From NCBI GenBank assembly GCA_951406725.2, contig OX597818.1:139624001-139688000 (forward strand): 64,000 nt of DNA. The letters run 5' to 3'. Below are positions 13,877 to 26,194 of the stretch, in pieces. The DNA comes from Octopus vulgaris (taxonomy: Eukaryota). A program made the position numbers and the translations under genes. Within the stretch, counting starts at the first letter, position 1. Every line of letters begins with the position of its first letter. Under the pieces are notes generated by a model. The model was not told where the DNA came from. It searched no databases and saw nothing but the letters and a program-made list of their open reading frames with translations.

Positions 13877-13879
<3 letters not shown>
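13649..13879. repeat. Perfect 24-bp palindrome plus ~50-bp inverted repeat enclosing a TA microsatellite
   Basis: CTGAGATAATTCGAATTATCTCAG (13649-13672) is self-complementary; 13658-13708 is inverted against 13830-13879. Confidence 0.85.
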
Positions 13880-13921
<42 letters not shown>

Positions 13922-13923
13922 AT

Positions 13924-14080
13924 AGGCGCAGCAGTGGCTGTGTGGTAAGTAGCTTGCTAACCAACCACATGGTTCCGGGTTCAGTCCCACTGCGTGGCAC
14001 CTTGGGCAAGTGTCTTCTGCTATTTAGCCTCGGGCTGACCAAAGCCTTGTGAGCGGAAACTGAAAGAAGCCTGTCGTATA
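13924..14080 (+). mobile_element. SINE family A 5' half
   Basis: GGCGCAGCAGTGGCTGTGTGGTAAGTAGCTTGC...GGCACCTTGGGCAAGTGTCTTC...GGAAACTGAAAGAAGCCTGTCG. Confidence 0.85.
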
Positions 14081-14115
14081 TATGTATATATATATATATA
14101 CATATATGTATATAC

Positions 14116-14149
<34 letters not shown>

Positions 14150-14379
14150 GTATATATATATGTGATTCACACCCAGAAACTATGATTCCACATATACAAG
14201 AAGTCTTATTCTCTTTATTTTTTCTCGTATACATCTGTTAATCATTACACATATACACCATTTATTAATTATACTCAAGTTTTCAATAGTGCTCTGCTAT
14301 CAATACAATGGTATAAATAACTGTTTTAAAGCGCAACCAACTTTGCAGCTAAACCGGCTTCAAAGATGCTCCAAGCACA

Positions 14380-15240
14380 AGCATCAACTCCACACCACAC
14401 CACACCAATGCACTCTTACCCACCCCCAGACTTTCAGTACGATAACCATCAACCTTGAACACTAAAATTAGTACCATCACCGACATTTGAACTATAGTAT
14501 GGTCAAGACCACCAAAAATGTTATTCACTGCTCTACCCCTCCATCATTACTTACAACCGCTGGTACTAATCCGATAACTTGACCACCTCACCATCATACT
14601 CCACAACCAGCCACTAATAAACTTCTAATCATTAACACCACAACGATCATTACCTCGTACCTCACCACTACTTCTACCATCACCTTCACAACCACCACCA
14701 CCACTAATACCATCCCCATCGCCGCTAGTCACTAACACCGATGGCTATATTTCTGTGACCTTTGGCCTTTAAAAGCAATAAAGGTTACAATAGGCAGGCC
14801 ATCCACTCTATCAGTCCAATGTCGCAATCCGATATCTCATTCTCGATCCGGCAACTTTTCCATTCATTGCAATATAGAATAACAAGAGATGATTAAAACC
14901 CATTAATATTATTGTCATGGATGATGCTGGATGGGATTACAGCAGCAGCATCAGCAGTGGCAACACCATCAGCAACACCAGCCGCAGCAGCAGCTATTGT
15001 TACCACAGCAACAACGACAACAATAACAGGAATGGAAATGACAAAAAATGTTGCTATGATCGTTAGACTCAAACACACCATGTGTACTATCAACACCACC
15101 AATCTCGCTGAAATCCTCAATCTATCATCGAATTCAATCGCTACAAACAGCAACAACAACATCATCAATTATATACAGCAGCAACAACAACAGCAGCAGC
15201 AGCAGCAGCAGCAGCAAAAACAGCACCAAAAACCGACATT
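14380..15240. repeat. Decayed CAC/CAA/CAG low-complexity tracts
   Basis: CACCAC-rich at 14380-14740; GCA/ACA-rich at 14940-15240, including (CAG)n. Confidence 0.7.
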
Positions 15241-15457
15241 AACAACAGCATTAGCTTTATTATTATTAGTAACTGTTCATTACTCCACCGTTTAATTTAT
15301 CGATCCCGATAGGATGAAAGGCAAAGTCGACCTCGGCGGAATTTGAACTCAGAACGTAAGATAAAAAAGTATATTGAAAGAATTTCATGATTCCTGTTTC
15401 AGTTCCAAGTCCGCACTAACAGACCAAGCAAGTGACTAGCACACGCTTACTTGTGTG

Positions 15458-15459
<2 letters not shown>

Positions 15460-15489
<30 letters not shown>

Positions 15490-15873
15490 TGCATGTATGT
15501 ATGTATGTATGTATGTATGTATGTATGTATGTATGTATGTATGTATGTATGTATGCATGCATGCATGTATGTATGTATGTATGTATGTATGTATGTATGT
15601 ATGTATGTATGTATGTATGTATGTATGCATGCATGCATGCATGTATGTATGAATGTATGTATGTATGTATGTATGTATGCATGCATGCATGCATGCATGT
15701 ATGTATGTATGTATGTATGTATGCATGCATGCATGTATGTATGTATGTATGTATGCATGCATGCATGCATGTATGTATGTATGTATGTATGCATGCATGC
15801 ATGTATGTATGTATGTATGTATGTATGTATGCATGCATGTATGTATTATGTATGTATGTGTGTATGTATGTAT
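15460..15873. repeat. (TATG)n/(CATG)n tetranucleotide microsatellite
   Basis: Direct reading. Confidence 0.95.
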
Positions 15874-16030
15874 GTGACTGCTTGGTAATAACTCTGTTTC
15901 CCAACCACATGGTTCTGTGTTCAGTCTCATTGCATGGCACCATGAGCAAGTGTCTTCTACTATAACCTCGGGCCGACCCGAGCCTCCTGAGTTGATTTGG
16001 CAAGCGGAAACTGAAAGAAGCGCGTCGCGT
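15874..16030 (+). mobile_element. Older, diverged SINE family A head
   Basis: CCCAACCACATGGTTCTGTGTTCAGTCTCATTGCATGGCACCATGAGCAAGTGTCTTCTACTATAACCTCGGGCCGAC. Confidence 0.75.
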
Positions 16031-16050
16031 GAGTGTATATACACACACAC

Positions 16051-16141
<91 letters not shown>

Positions 16142-16142
<1 letters not shown>

Positions 16143-16302
16143 GCAGGAGTGGCTGTGTGGTAAGTAGCTTCTTTACCAACCACATGGTTCCGGTTTCAGT
16201 CCCACTGCGTGGCACCTTGGGCAAGTGTCTTCTACTATAGCCTTGTAGACCAAAGCCTTGTGAGTGGATTTGGTAGACGGAAACTGAAAGAAGCCCGTCG
16301 TA

Positions 16303-16349
<47 letters not shown>

Positions 16350-16563
16350 GTGTGTGTTTGTGTGTCTCTGTTTGTCCCCGTAGCATTGCTTGACAACCGA
16401 TGCTGGTGTGTTTATGTCCCCCGTTACTTAGCGGTTCGGCAAAAGAGACCGATAGAATAAGTACTGGGCTTACAAAAGAATACAAAAGAGTTGCTCGATC
16501 AAAAGCGGTGCTCCAGCATGGCCGCAGTCAAATGACTGAAACAAGTAAATGAGTAAAAGAGAG
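16142..16563 (+). mobile_element. Full-length SINE family A
   Basis: Head, internal (TA)n(TG)n and GTAAAAGAG tail all present. Confidence 0.9.
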
Positions 16564-16711
16564 TATATATATAAATGTGTGTGTGTGTCTTTGTGTATCT
16601 GCATCTGTCCCATCACCACTTGACAATCGATGTTGGTGTGTTTATGCCTCTATAACAGCGGCCTGACAGTAAGTACCAGGTTTGAAAAATAAGTATTTGG
16701 ATGAACTGTTT

Positions 16712-17170
16712 CGTTCAAATTCCGCCGGGATCGACTTTGACTTTCATCCTTCCGGGTCGATTAAATAAGTACTAGTTACGCACTGGGGTCGATATAATCG
16801 ACTTAATCCGTTTGTCTGTCCTTGTTTGTCTTCTCTGTGTTTAGCCCCTTGTGGGTAGTAAAGAAATAGGTATTTCGTCTGACGTTACGTTCTGAGTTCA
16901 AATTCCGCCGAGGTCGACATTGTCTTTCATCCTTTCAGAGTCGATAAATTAAGTACCTGTTACACACTGGGGTTAATGTAATCGACTTAATCCCTTTATC
17001 TGTCCTTGTTTCTCCCCTCTATGTTTAGCCCCTTGTGGGTAATAAAGAAATAAGAAACTTTAGTACGCCGGACAAAATGTTTAGCGGTATTTTGTTCGTC
17101 TCGAGCACTGGGCTCGATATAATCGATTTGCTCAACCCTCCCGAAATTCCTGGTTTTGTACCGAATTTGA
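16712..17170 (+). mobile_element. Tandem SINE family C fragments (~180-bp unit twice, plus a decayed copy)
   Basis: GTTCAAATTCCGCCG..GTCGACTTTG.CTTTCATCCTT..GGGTCGAT.AA.TAAGTAC..GTTAC.CACTGGGG...TTTAGCCCCTTGTGGGTA.TAAAGAAATA starting at ~16713 and ~16896. Confidence 0.85.
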
Positions 17171-17953
17171 AGCCAATATAATAGAATAACATGTCGGCCC
17201 TATTATATTCGAAGCAACAGAACCTCCAAGATATGACTGCTATTGTGGAGAGAGAGGTAATTGTACCAGAACTCGGTTAACACTCTCACAAGAAAATAGA
17301 GAAATTTAACGTGAAATGAAGTATCTTGTTTAATGAAACAGTGCCTCACGTGGTCAACGAACTAAACTGAAATCCTTATCCTGACCACTCAGCCACTCAC
17401 CTTCACTGCTGACATAAATCTTTGTCTTTTTCTTCATAACAACAAAAAATATTATATATACAATGATACTGACACTGGATAGTCTTTAATCATTTTGAAT
17501 AATAGATGAGAGAAAAATATATAAAGTAATAGATTTAGAATCATGTTTTCCCGTTAAAATTAGTGCGTCCAGATAGATACTCCCACCGCTGACACTTGGT
17601 AAATAAAGATTAATTGCTTTGTAAAGGAGTTGAATTTATCATCGACTTTGCCATCAACTTGGACTCTTCACTATTCAATGGCATTTCAGCTTTGGGGACT
17701 ACCCAGGCCACTATGAAATGTCAATCCGTTAATCTTGTTAAAACTTAAGACTAATTGTGAAGTTGTGAGTGTAAGATCAATATGTCTCTGTCCCACTTTC
17801 TCAGTTGTTTGTCTGTCTGTCTCACTGTCTCAATTTCTTTCTGTCACTCTCTATATCTCTCGTTCACTTTGTCTTTATATATATAAATACGTGTGAGTGT
17901 GTGTGTGTGTGTGTGTTTTGTGTGTCCATGTGTGTGTGTGTGTGTTTTGTGTG

Positions 17954-18226
17954 TGGAAGTGCGTGGCATAGTGCTTAGGGCCGTGATTTCGATTCCTGGT
18001 GACGCATTGTGTCCTTGAGCAAGACACCTTATCTCATGTTTCTCCAATACATTCAACAGGCAAAGCTGGGTTGTGCCTGTAATTCAAAGAGCCGGCCTTG
18101 TCACATTCTGCGTCAGGTTGAATCTTCCTGAGAACTACCTTACGGGTATGCCTGTTTGTTTGAACTCGAGTAGACTGTTGCGTTGATTGAATCAATTTGG
18201 AAGACATCATAATCAACGGAGTGCCG
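17954..18226 (+). mobile_element. Degenerate chimeric SINE: V-domain-like head plus family B tail
   Basis: TTGTGTCCTTGAGCAAGACACCTTATCTCA (shared with the 20249-20588 element), then CCTGTAATTCAAAGAGCCGGCCTTGTCACATTCTGCGTCA..TGAATCTTCCTGAGAACTAC (shared with 4263-4325). Confidence 0.7.
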
Positions 18227-19176
18227 TTTAGGTTCTTTTATATTTATATATAAGTTGGATGATTTACGCAGATATGATTCGTTCATGGTATTTCTGTTTT
18301 CTGACGTAATATAAAAAATGAATTGTCTAACAAATCGTATGAGAAAGTAGTTCACAAAGGAACTTGTACATGGCCATTCAATCTGCTAAAATTCGCTGCC
18401 AAATATCCTCAAACTACAATCTATGGTCTTCAATAAAGAAAGGACCCAATAGACAATCTAGTCTTATAACAACTAAATTTGTGATGGTTACGGATGAAAT
18501 ACAAAACTTAACCGACATGTTTTTTGGACTGTTTTCAAAACGTGGATGACACATTTCAATCTATATTTCGATCTAAGTTAGACACCGGTTGGAACATCAT
18601 ATCCATTTGGTAAAACAAATGTTAGAAATCATTTTACGAAAAATTTTTCCTGAAGCGATCTAGTATTATCAAACATTCTCTATTGAGAGTCAGCGGCGAA
18701 AGCGTGTCTGGTGTTTGAGCTAAATAATTGCTTCGTCCATACATTAAGCAAGCGTTAATGACTTTGTAGGTTTCATCAGAAATATGTGACAGCTAGCAGC
18801 GCGTTGCACATTGTCATGAATACACTGCATACATCATCAGTTTTAATCATAATATTAAACTGCCCACAGTGCAAGTTAAGAAACTAATTAATATGGTTAT
18901 GTAAACACTTCAATTTTAAATTTGCGAATTCCATGGTAACCAAGGAAGAAACGAACACACGAACATACACAAATGTATATAGAATATTGTATAAATTAGA
19001 AAATATTTTGATGTATTTTATCTAAAACAAAGTGTGTAGATATTACGTGAGATATTCGCATGTAGGTGAGTATTGTAGAGTAATTTATTAAAATCTGTTT
19101 CACGATTGCGCCAGACAGAATCAGTTTTACTTTCGATCATTCTATCTATTGGCCCAAGCTCTATACACACGTACAT

Positions 19177-19219
<43 letters not shown>

Positions 19220-19697
19220 AAAGACAAACCCAAAGACACATGCCCATATTTAATAAAAAAAAACATTTCATTTAATTTTTTCAAAATTTGATGCTTTACT
19301 GTAAGTTGAAAAGGTCACAAAGACCCGAAACCAGTACTAAAATGTCCTTCGTGATAACATTATTTTATAATTTTGTACCTTGTCTTATTTTCCTTATACA
19401 AACCAATATATGAATTTCTTTCGTAACTATACTCATAATTTAGTAACATAGCTCAAATAATCACCCTTTCTTCAGATCATGAAGATTTCATATGGATAAA
19501 CGATGAGAAAATATCTACCAGAAATACTAGAAGAGAATATCTTTATCGGAACATTTTTACGCAAGATGAGTTTATAAGTGGAAACTTACAAGAAAAAAAT
19601 AAATAGTCAGAAATATAGTGCTTCATGAAAAATAGGGAGGCTAGTAATCTATAAGCGTAGATATCATTAAAATCGAAAAAAGCGTTGGCACTTCAAC

Positions 19698-19754
<57 letters not shown>

Positions 19755-19759
<5 letters not shown>

Positions 19760-19983
19760 ACCTTTTGCATGGTCGAGACGTCGGCGACTAAACTGACAAC
19801 CCCACCAGGCTCGCTTGGTGAGGAGGGTGCTGTTGGACACCCTGTGGGATGTAAAATAAGACCCAACAAAGGGCGGATGAATTCCTGAACAGTCAACGGC
19901 CATCCAACAAAATGCCGGCCTGCCCGCCCAGCCAGTGGGATGGCGTCATCATAGGGCTGAAACAGCACGAAGAAAGAACGAAT
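19755..19983 (+). mobile_element. GC-rich insert between TA tracts; probable LINE 3' UTR or SINE tail
   Basis: Abrupt GC-rich block ending GGGCTGAAACAGCACGAAGAAAGAACGAA, similar in style to the GACTGAAACAAGTAAAAGAG and GCTGAAACTGGAAAAACAAAC tails. Confidence 0.4.
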
Positions 19984-19997
19984 ATATATGTATATAT

Positions 19998-20210
19998 TCT
20001 TTTCTTTTTTCTTTTACGTGTTTAAATCATTTGACTGCCGCCATGCCCAAACACCGTTTTAAAGTGTTTAGTCAAAGAAATCGATCCCAGGACTTATTCT
20101 TTGTAAGCATAGTAGTTATGTCAGTCTCTTTTGGCGAACCGCGAGCTTACAGGAACGTAAACATATTAACATGGGTTGTCAAGCGACGGTGGGAGGGGAC
20201 AAACCCAAAG
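19998..20210 (-). mobile_element. SINE family A 3' half (degenerate)
   Basis: Reverse complement of the tail: TCATTTGACTGCCGCCATGC...GATCCCAGGACTTATTCTTTGTAAGC...GGTTGTCAAGCGA. Confidence 0.75.
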
Positions 20211-20248
20211 ATACACATCCATAAATATATATATATATATGAGGAAGA

Positions 20249-20588
20249 GAAGGAGACCCCCTTCGTTCATGAATGACCATGGGATTGCACCTAGAAAGTT
20301 ACCCTCCCAGGCACAAGTCCGGGCAAGGTTATTTGTGGAAGGCCAGCAGTCGCTCATGCATACCAGCCTCCCCTTTCAACACCACTGATGTTATCCAAAG
20401 GAAAGGCAAAGGCCGATACAGCATGGCACCAGTGACGTCGCAACTCATTTCTACAGCTGAGTGAACTGGAGCAACGTGAAATAAAGTGTCTTGCTCAAGA
20501 GCACAGCACGTAGCCCGGTCCGGGAATCGAACTCACAACCTCACAATCGTAAGCTCGACGCTCTGACCACTGAACTATGCGCCTTCCA
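20249..20588 (-). mobile_element. Full-length tRNA-derived SINE family D with V-domain-like centre
   Basis: Minus strand: GGAAGGCGCATAGTTCAGTGGTCAGAGCG (A box)...GAGTTCGATTCCCGG (B box)...GTGCTCTTGAGCAAGACACTTTATTTCACGTTGCTCCAGTTCACTCAGCTGTAGAAATGAG (V-domain-like), ending GAAGGGGGTCTCCTTCTTC. It splits a minus-strand family A SINE (tail 19998-20210, head 20713-20845). Confidence 0.8.
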
Positions 20589-20712
20589 TATATATATATA
20601 TATATTGGTAAAAACGGTAAGATAACAAAAGAAAGTGATCTCAATATTATGTAGAGGAAATTTATCTGTAAATTAATATGTGACAATTATTCAATTATTC
20701 AATACATATACA

Positions 20713-20845
20713 TACGACGAGCTTCTTTCTAACAAATCCATTTATAATGCTTTGGTCGGTCCGAGGTTATATTTGCCCAAGGTGCCACGCAGTGGGTCCA
20801 AGTGGTTGGGAAGCAATCTTCTTACCGTACAGCCACGCCTCCGCC
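20713..20845 (-). mobile_element. SINE family A head (degenerate)
   Basis: TTGCCCAAGGTGCCACGCAGTGGG...CTTACCGTACAGCCACGCCTCCGCC. Confidence 0.75.
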
Positions 20846-21319
20846 TCTCTATATAAATATGCGCGCGCGCGCTTAAACAGATTTTAATACGTGTAGATAG
20901 ATTGAACCGGCTGGCTTTCTAGCAAATCACTACAGTTGTTTCAACGTATCGTTATCAACTGTTAATTGCTGAATGTTATATAAATTGTACGCAATAATGT
21001 AATAATATTATACAACAATAGCTGTATATATTTACATAATCGGGTGACCAGAGTCAATACACTTCAGTATCACTTTTCATTTCTCACCAAATACAATATT
21101 TGGTATCCCTCTAACAAAGAACAAGGAAACAGAAATAAATACAAATGAGGAGAAAACCACAAAAACAAATTGAGGGAAATAAAAAGTAAAAAGGATATGT
21201 TGTTTATACGTCTAAAACTGCGGTGAAAATCTCGAAAATCATTTCGTATAGACGACAAATACTAAGACACATCATAACTCTGTCGGCTGAACAAATTTCA
21301 CTAACACTGGTGGATGATA

Positions 21320-21365
21320 CTACCGCTTCTCGTAATTTCACCGTATTGCGTATCATCAGTGGCAG
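21320..21365 (-). ncRNA. Degenerate minimal hammerhead-ribozyme-like motif
   Basis: Minus strand CTGCCA-CTGATGA-TAC..GT-GAAA-TTACGAG-AAG-CGGTAG: core boxes intact and helix I partly paired, but helix III and the cleavage triplet are decayed. Confidence 0.45.
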
Positions 21366-22278
21366 CTGACCAAAACCTGAATGCAGACCAAAAATCAGTA
21401 AATCCGATTTAGAATATTACGTGTCAAACAGTCAGTGATGTCGCAAAGTGTTGGTAAGCTAGGTATAAATTAAATATTAGTGACAGAAGCAGCTTTTGTA
21501 AACAATAATAATTTGCACGTCTAACCAGTAAGTACAAGGTAACTTTCAGCGGGATCGATCCCATTTCTACAGGATAGCAGAGCGATCTTCTTCGGCATGA
21601 TTAATGTCTGTATATAAATAAGAATGTCTGCGTTTATGAAAACGCTTTCCCTAATATTAGTGAAAGGCCAGAGAAAGGCAAAGAACTTATTGTTATAATT
21701 GCTATTTCGATTAGACATACACAATTAAGCAGAAATATTTCCATCTGTGAGCGGTACATGTGATGGCGCACTTTAGACAGAAATATGAATATCAGATGAG
21801 AAAGACAGTATTATGTAGAAATAACCTATAATATTGTTTATATGAATAGCACCGGGCTTGTTTCACGACAGTGCTTATTCTATATTTTAGTTATTGAATA
21901 CTTAGCATTTCCAGCAATTAATTCATCGGGCAGTCGCCAACAAAGGAACAATCTTCGTCATTTGTTTCTAGATCAGGATAAGATGTATAGATTTCTGGAA
22001 TAATTTTAATTTAATTACCTTCATATTGCTATAGACTTAATAATTGCTATTCTCTCTGTTCTCCATCTCTCTTCCTCTCTCTCTCTCTCTCTCTCCTTTC
22101 TTTTACACGCTTATAAATACGCACAATACATGAAGATTACTTAAATATATACATATATATTTATGCGTATATATATATAGATATACATACATATTTATGC
22201 ATATATATATATGTATATATATTTATATACATGTATATATGTACGTATGTACGTATGGCGCATAGTTTGTTAAGCCAA

Positions 22279-22384
<106 letters not shown>

Positions 22385-22397
22385 CATACATACATAC

Positions 22398-22438
<41 letters not shown>

Positions 22439-23311
22439 CATGCATACGTACAGAGATATTGTCTATATAAGATGTAGAAACCAGAAAGAGAAAATGGAGA
22501 CATAGATCGATATATAATTGTATAGTGTTTACAATTATGCATGTAATTAGTTCTGGAGATTTGCATATGTAATTTAGATGTTATGATAGTATATTTTATA
22601 GATGGCGGTAATATATCATATCAAGAGAAATACATACATAAAAATATATACAATCATGCATGCATATGTAAATGTACCTATATATATATATATATATGTA
22701 TGTGCGTGTGTATGTGGGTATGTGTGTGTCTGTCTATGTATATACACATACATATCTACATACATACACATGTGTATATATAGGTATGTGAAGGGTATAT
22801 AGAAGTATGCGTATGTTAACGTCATCGGAGGATATACATAGTTGAATATGAAATATGTTATATCACACACAAACACATATACATATGTAAGTATATTTAT
22901 GTATGTATATGTACTTGTATATGAGGGTGTATCTAGTGTGTGTGTATGCGTTCGAATAATCAAGTTCCATACCTTTAAGTGCTAAGTACTCGATATAATG
23001 ATTACAGTGTTTAAATGTATTTATTACAGTTAATGAAACCGTATAAAAAAATGTTACAATTACTCTTAAAAAGATTCCAACAGGCTGGATATCATCTTTT
23101 GTCTCACATATGTATGCATCTTAGCTTCTTAGTTTTCGGCTGAAAGCGAGGATTCGTAGAAGGTTTAGAACGCCATACAAAGTACTTTCCGGAATTTCTT
23201 TCGACTGTTAAAATTTTGTGTTGAAATTTCACTGAGGTCAAATTCGCCCTTCATCCCTTACAGGGATCGTTGTAATTGACTAACTCTCTTGAACATTATT
23301 ATTATTATTAT

Positions 23312-24160
23312 GTTTTTTTCCTTCTTTCTTCAAATTTTCTTCTGTTTCTCGCCGAGTGTTTTCCATACACCTAGGGCAGAGAAGCTCATTGTATGCATTC
23401 CCAGATTACACGTGCAAATTCACAGATAAAATATGTATTTAAAAATTAATAAATAAATAAATTCATGGATGGATGTTGTTTTCACAGCGATAATGCTCTT
23501 CTCAGTACATGAGCCGTTCCAGTTAATACGCTTTTTTGCACTTCCTGTAGGGATTGTAAGCCTGGAATCATTTTCAAATAGGTTTCAGTACCTTTTTTAT
23601 CATTCCTAGAGATCCTACAATCACTGGTACTGTAGTCGCCTTGAGATGCCACATTTTTTCAATTTCTATTAGCAGGTTTTTATATTTACTAATCTTGTCA
23701 AATTCTTTCGCCGCTATATTGTGATCGCAAGGGATACTCATGTCAATTAATAAACACATCTTTTTTGTCTGATCTTTTATAATAATATCCGGTTTATTAG
23801 CCTTTATAGTCTTGTCGGTCTGTACGGGGAAGTCCCATAGAATCGACACATTTTCTCCCTCAGTCACAGCTTCAGGATGGTGTTTATACCATTTGTCAGC
23901 GGTTTTGAGTTTATAATACCGACATATTGTCCAATGTAAATACTGGCCGACTCTGCAGGTGCTAAGACTCTACACCCTGAGATTAGGTGGTCTATTGTTT
24001 CAATCTCATCGTTACAGAATCGGCATTTTGGGCCAGCTCCATTTTTTTATCACATTGGCTTGGTAGTTCCGGGTTAATAAGCTTTGGTCTTGAGCAGCTA
24101 ATATGAAACCTTCACTCTCTGCTTTTAGCCCTGAGTTTCGTAACCATTGGTGCGTGTGTT
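23312..24160 (-). pseudogene. 5'-truncated RLE-type (R4/Dong-like) LINE: CCHC knuckle plus restriction-like endonuclease
   Basis: HQWLRNSGLKAESEGFILAAQDQSLLTRNY...CRFC..ETIDHLISG...LWDFPVQTDKTIKANKPDIIIKDQ..MCLLIDMSIP....KEFDKISKYKNL..EIEKMW..K...VPVIVGSLG...QKSVLTGTAHVLRRAL. Frameshifted; (TAA)n on both sides. Confidence 0.92.
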
Positions 24161-24173
24161 TTATTATTATTAA

Positions 24174-24222
<49 letters not shown>

Positions 24223-24223
<1 letters not shown>

Positions 24224-24841
24224 TATGTTTGACTTTTGCTTTATGTGTGTACAAGTTGGCTCCAAGTCTCACCCAGAGACCTCAAGAGACAACAGGTTGG
24301 AAGTTCACGATGTTGTTATGCATAGTGTGCCATATATTTGTTTTTTTTTGGTGTTGTACTAGTGAATGTCTTATACATAAAAAAAAGTTTGTTTTAAACC
24401 TTGGGATTACATAGAGAGTATTTTGCGTAAGATGTGAGTAGTTCCCATGAGCACTTTTGAATTTCTGCCACTTTGGGGTTTCCTGGTATCTGAGTTAGGT
24501 AGCAATCAGCCCCTTTCGCTATCATTCCTAGGGCACCTATGACAACAGGTATTGTTTTAGTCTTCAGGTTCCACATTTTGCTGATTTCTATTTCAAGATC
24601 TTTATATATTTGCTCAGTTTTTGGTAGGTCTTGACAGATACGTTTATATCGATTGGGACAGTCATATCAATGAGGAGGCATGTTCTTTGTCTGAAGTCTT
24701 TCAATATGATGTCTGGCCTATTTGCATCTATCTTTCTGTCAGTTTGAATGGTGAAGTTCCAGAGGAGTGAGATGTGGTCATTTTGAAGCACTGGAGGTGG
24801 ATTGTGTTCCTATCAGTTTTTTTCATGGGGCAAATCCAGGC
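24223..24841 (-). pseudogene. Second, distinct RLE-type (R4/Dong-like) LINE 3' fragment
   Basis: LLWNFTIQTDRKIDANRPDIILKD...CLLIDMTVP.D.NV..K..QKLSKY / EISKMWNLKTKTIPVVIGALG...THILRKILSM. Its own 3' UTR ends in (TAA)n at 24161-24222. Confidence 0.9.
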
Positions 24842-25832
24842 TCTCAAAACATAACAACATTGTAACACAATCATTTGCCTTCAGTTAGCGCGGCTTTATT
24901 TAATATTAGCCGCAAAAGGTCCCATAACATTCAAAATATATCTTGAGAAAGGTTTTCACAGGATACCAGAAACAAAGCACCTATACTTCGTTACAACTCA
25001 GTCAACACACGCATCCTCTTTAATGGTATATGGGATAGCAAAAATTGATCTAAAAAGGGATTAGCAGATTGTGTCAGGTGGTACATTTTGGCTAGACACG
25101 TCTGAGGCTAATTATGGCGGAAATGTGTAAAGATTAAATAAGTTTACATATGTTCTCTAATCAAAATAATAAATGTATACAGATATAATCAACTTTATAT
25201 GCATTTGTCCTCTTCTAGAATTTACAATAACCAGAGAAAGGTTCAAATCGATGTGTCTTTTCAATTCAGTGCTTAGGAATACCGGGACAATGCGTTCTTC
25301 ATTTTATATTACACATACACTTACACACACGTACGCAAACACACACATACACACACATTCACACACATACACTCACACGCGCACACACATCCACACACGC
25401 ATACATATGTACAAACATTCATGCACACATATATAAATGCATCTCTATCAGTTGCGAGAATGAGTGTTCAGTTATTTGATCAAGTGAAGTTGCTGTTCAT
25501 TGAATTAGCGTCTAAAGGGGCTGACATCTGTTACAAAATCGTAATATACTCAGGCAGAATTAGCGTGATCGTGTGTGTCATAAGGCTATACATCTGAAGT
25601 ATGTGTACAGCCCAGCTGACATGCTTCGGCATAATTTCTGTCTAGTCACATTTACTAAGAAATTATGCGTCCGTATGAGGCTATAGAAAATGACATTTGC
25701 CCAACGTTTGTCGAAGACACTTTGGCTGGAAAAGCTCTGGCATGTCCTCCATTCATAAAATAATAGAGGTAATTCTAGTTTTTGCAAGTAAGTATTTTAT
25801 ATTATACTGTGTATAAGCAAATATACATATAC

Positions 25833-25863
<31 letters not shown>

Positions 25864-25950
25864 TGTATGTATGTATGTATGTATGTATGTATGTATGTAT
25901 GCTTGTATGTATGTATGTATCTATCTATCTATCTCTCTCTATATATATAT

Positions 25951-26095
25951 ACTCTTTTACTCTTTTACTCTTTTACTTGTTTCAGTCATTTGACTGCGGC
26001 CATGCTGGAGCACCGCCTTTAGTCGAGCAACTCTACCCCGGGACTTATTCTTTTGTAAGCCCAGTACTTATTCCATTGGTCTCTGTTTGCCGAAC
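25951..26095 (-). mobile_element. SINE family A 3' tail
   Basis: (CTCTTTTA)n-CTTGTTTCAGTCATTTGACTGCGGCCATGCTGGAGCACCGCC. Confidence 0.85.
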
Positions 26096-26194
26096 ATAAT
26101 TAAGATTCAGTTGAATTAGGTACTTAAGTTGAAGCACCAAGTCAGTCTGGTGTTATCCGCACAACTCGAAGTAAGGCGAATGAAATCAAAATAC

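Noticed and set aside
14912-15295. ORF with poly-Ala/Thr/Gln resembling a transcription-factor low-complexity region
   Set aside because: It lies in decayed CAG/CAA microsatellite next to a SINE; no domain and no convincing splice context.
25600-25793. Possible plus-strand exon ending at GTAAGT (25788)
   Set aside because: Stops in all frames; the LEKLWHVL fragment looks more like decayed RT; an isolated donor motif is insufficient.
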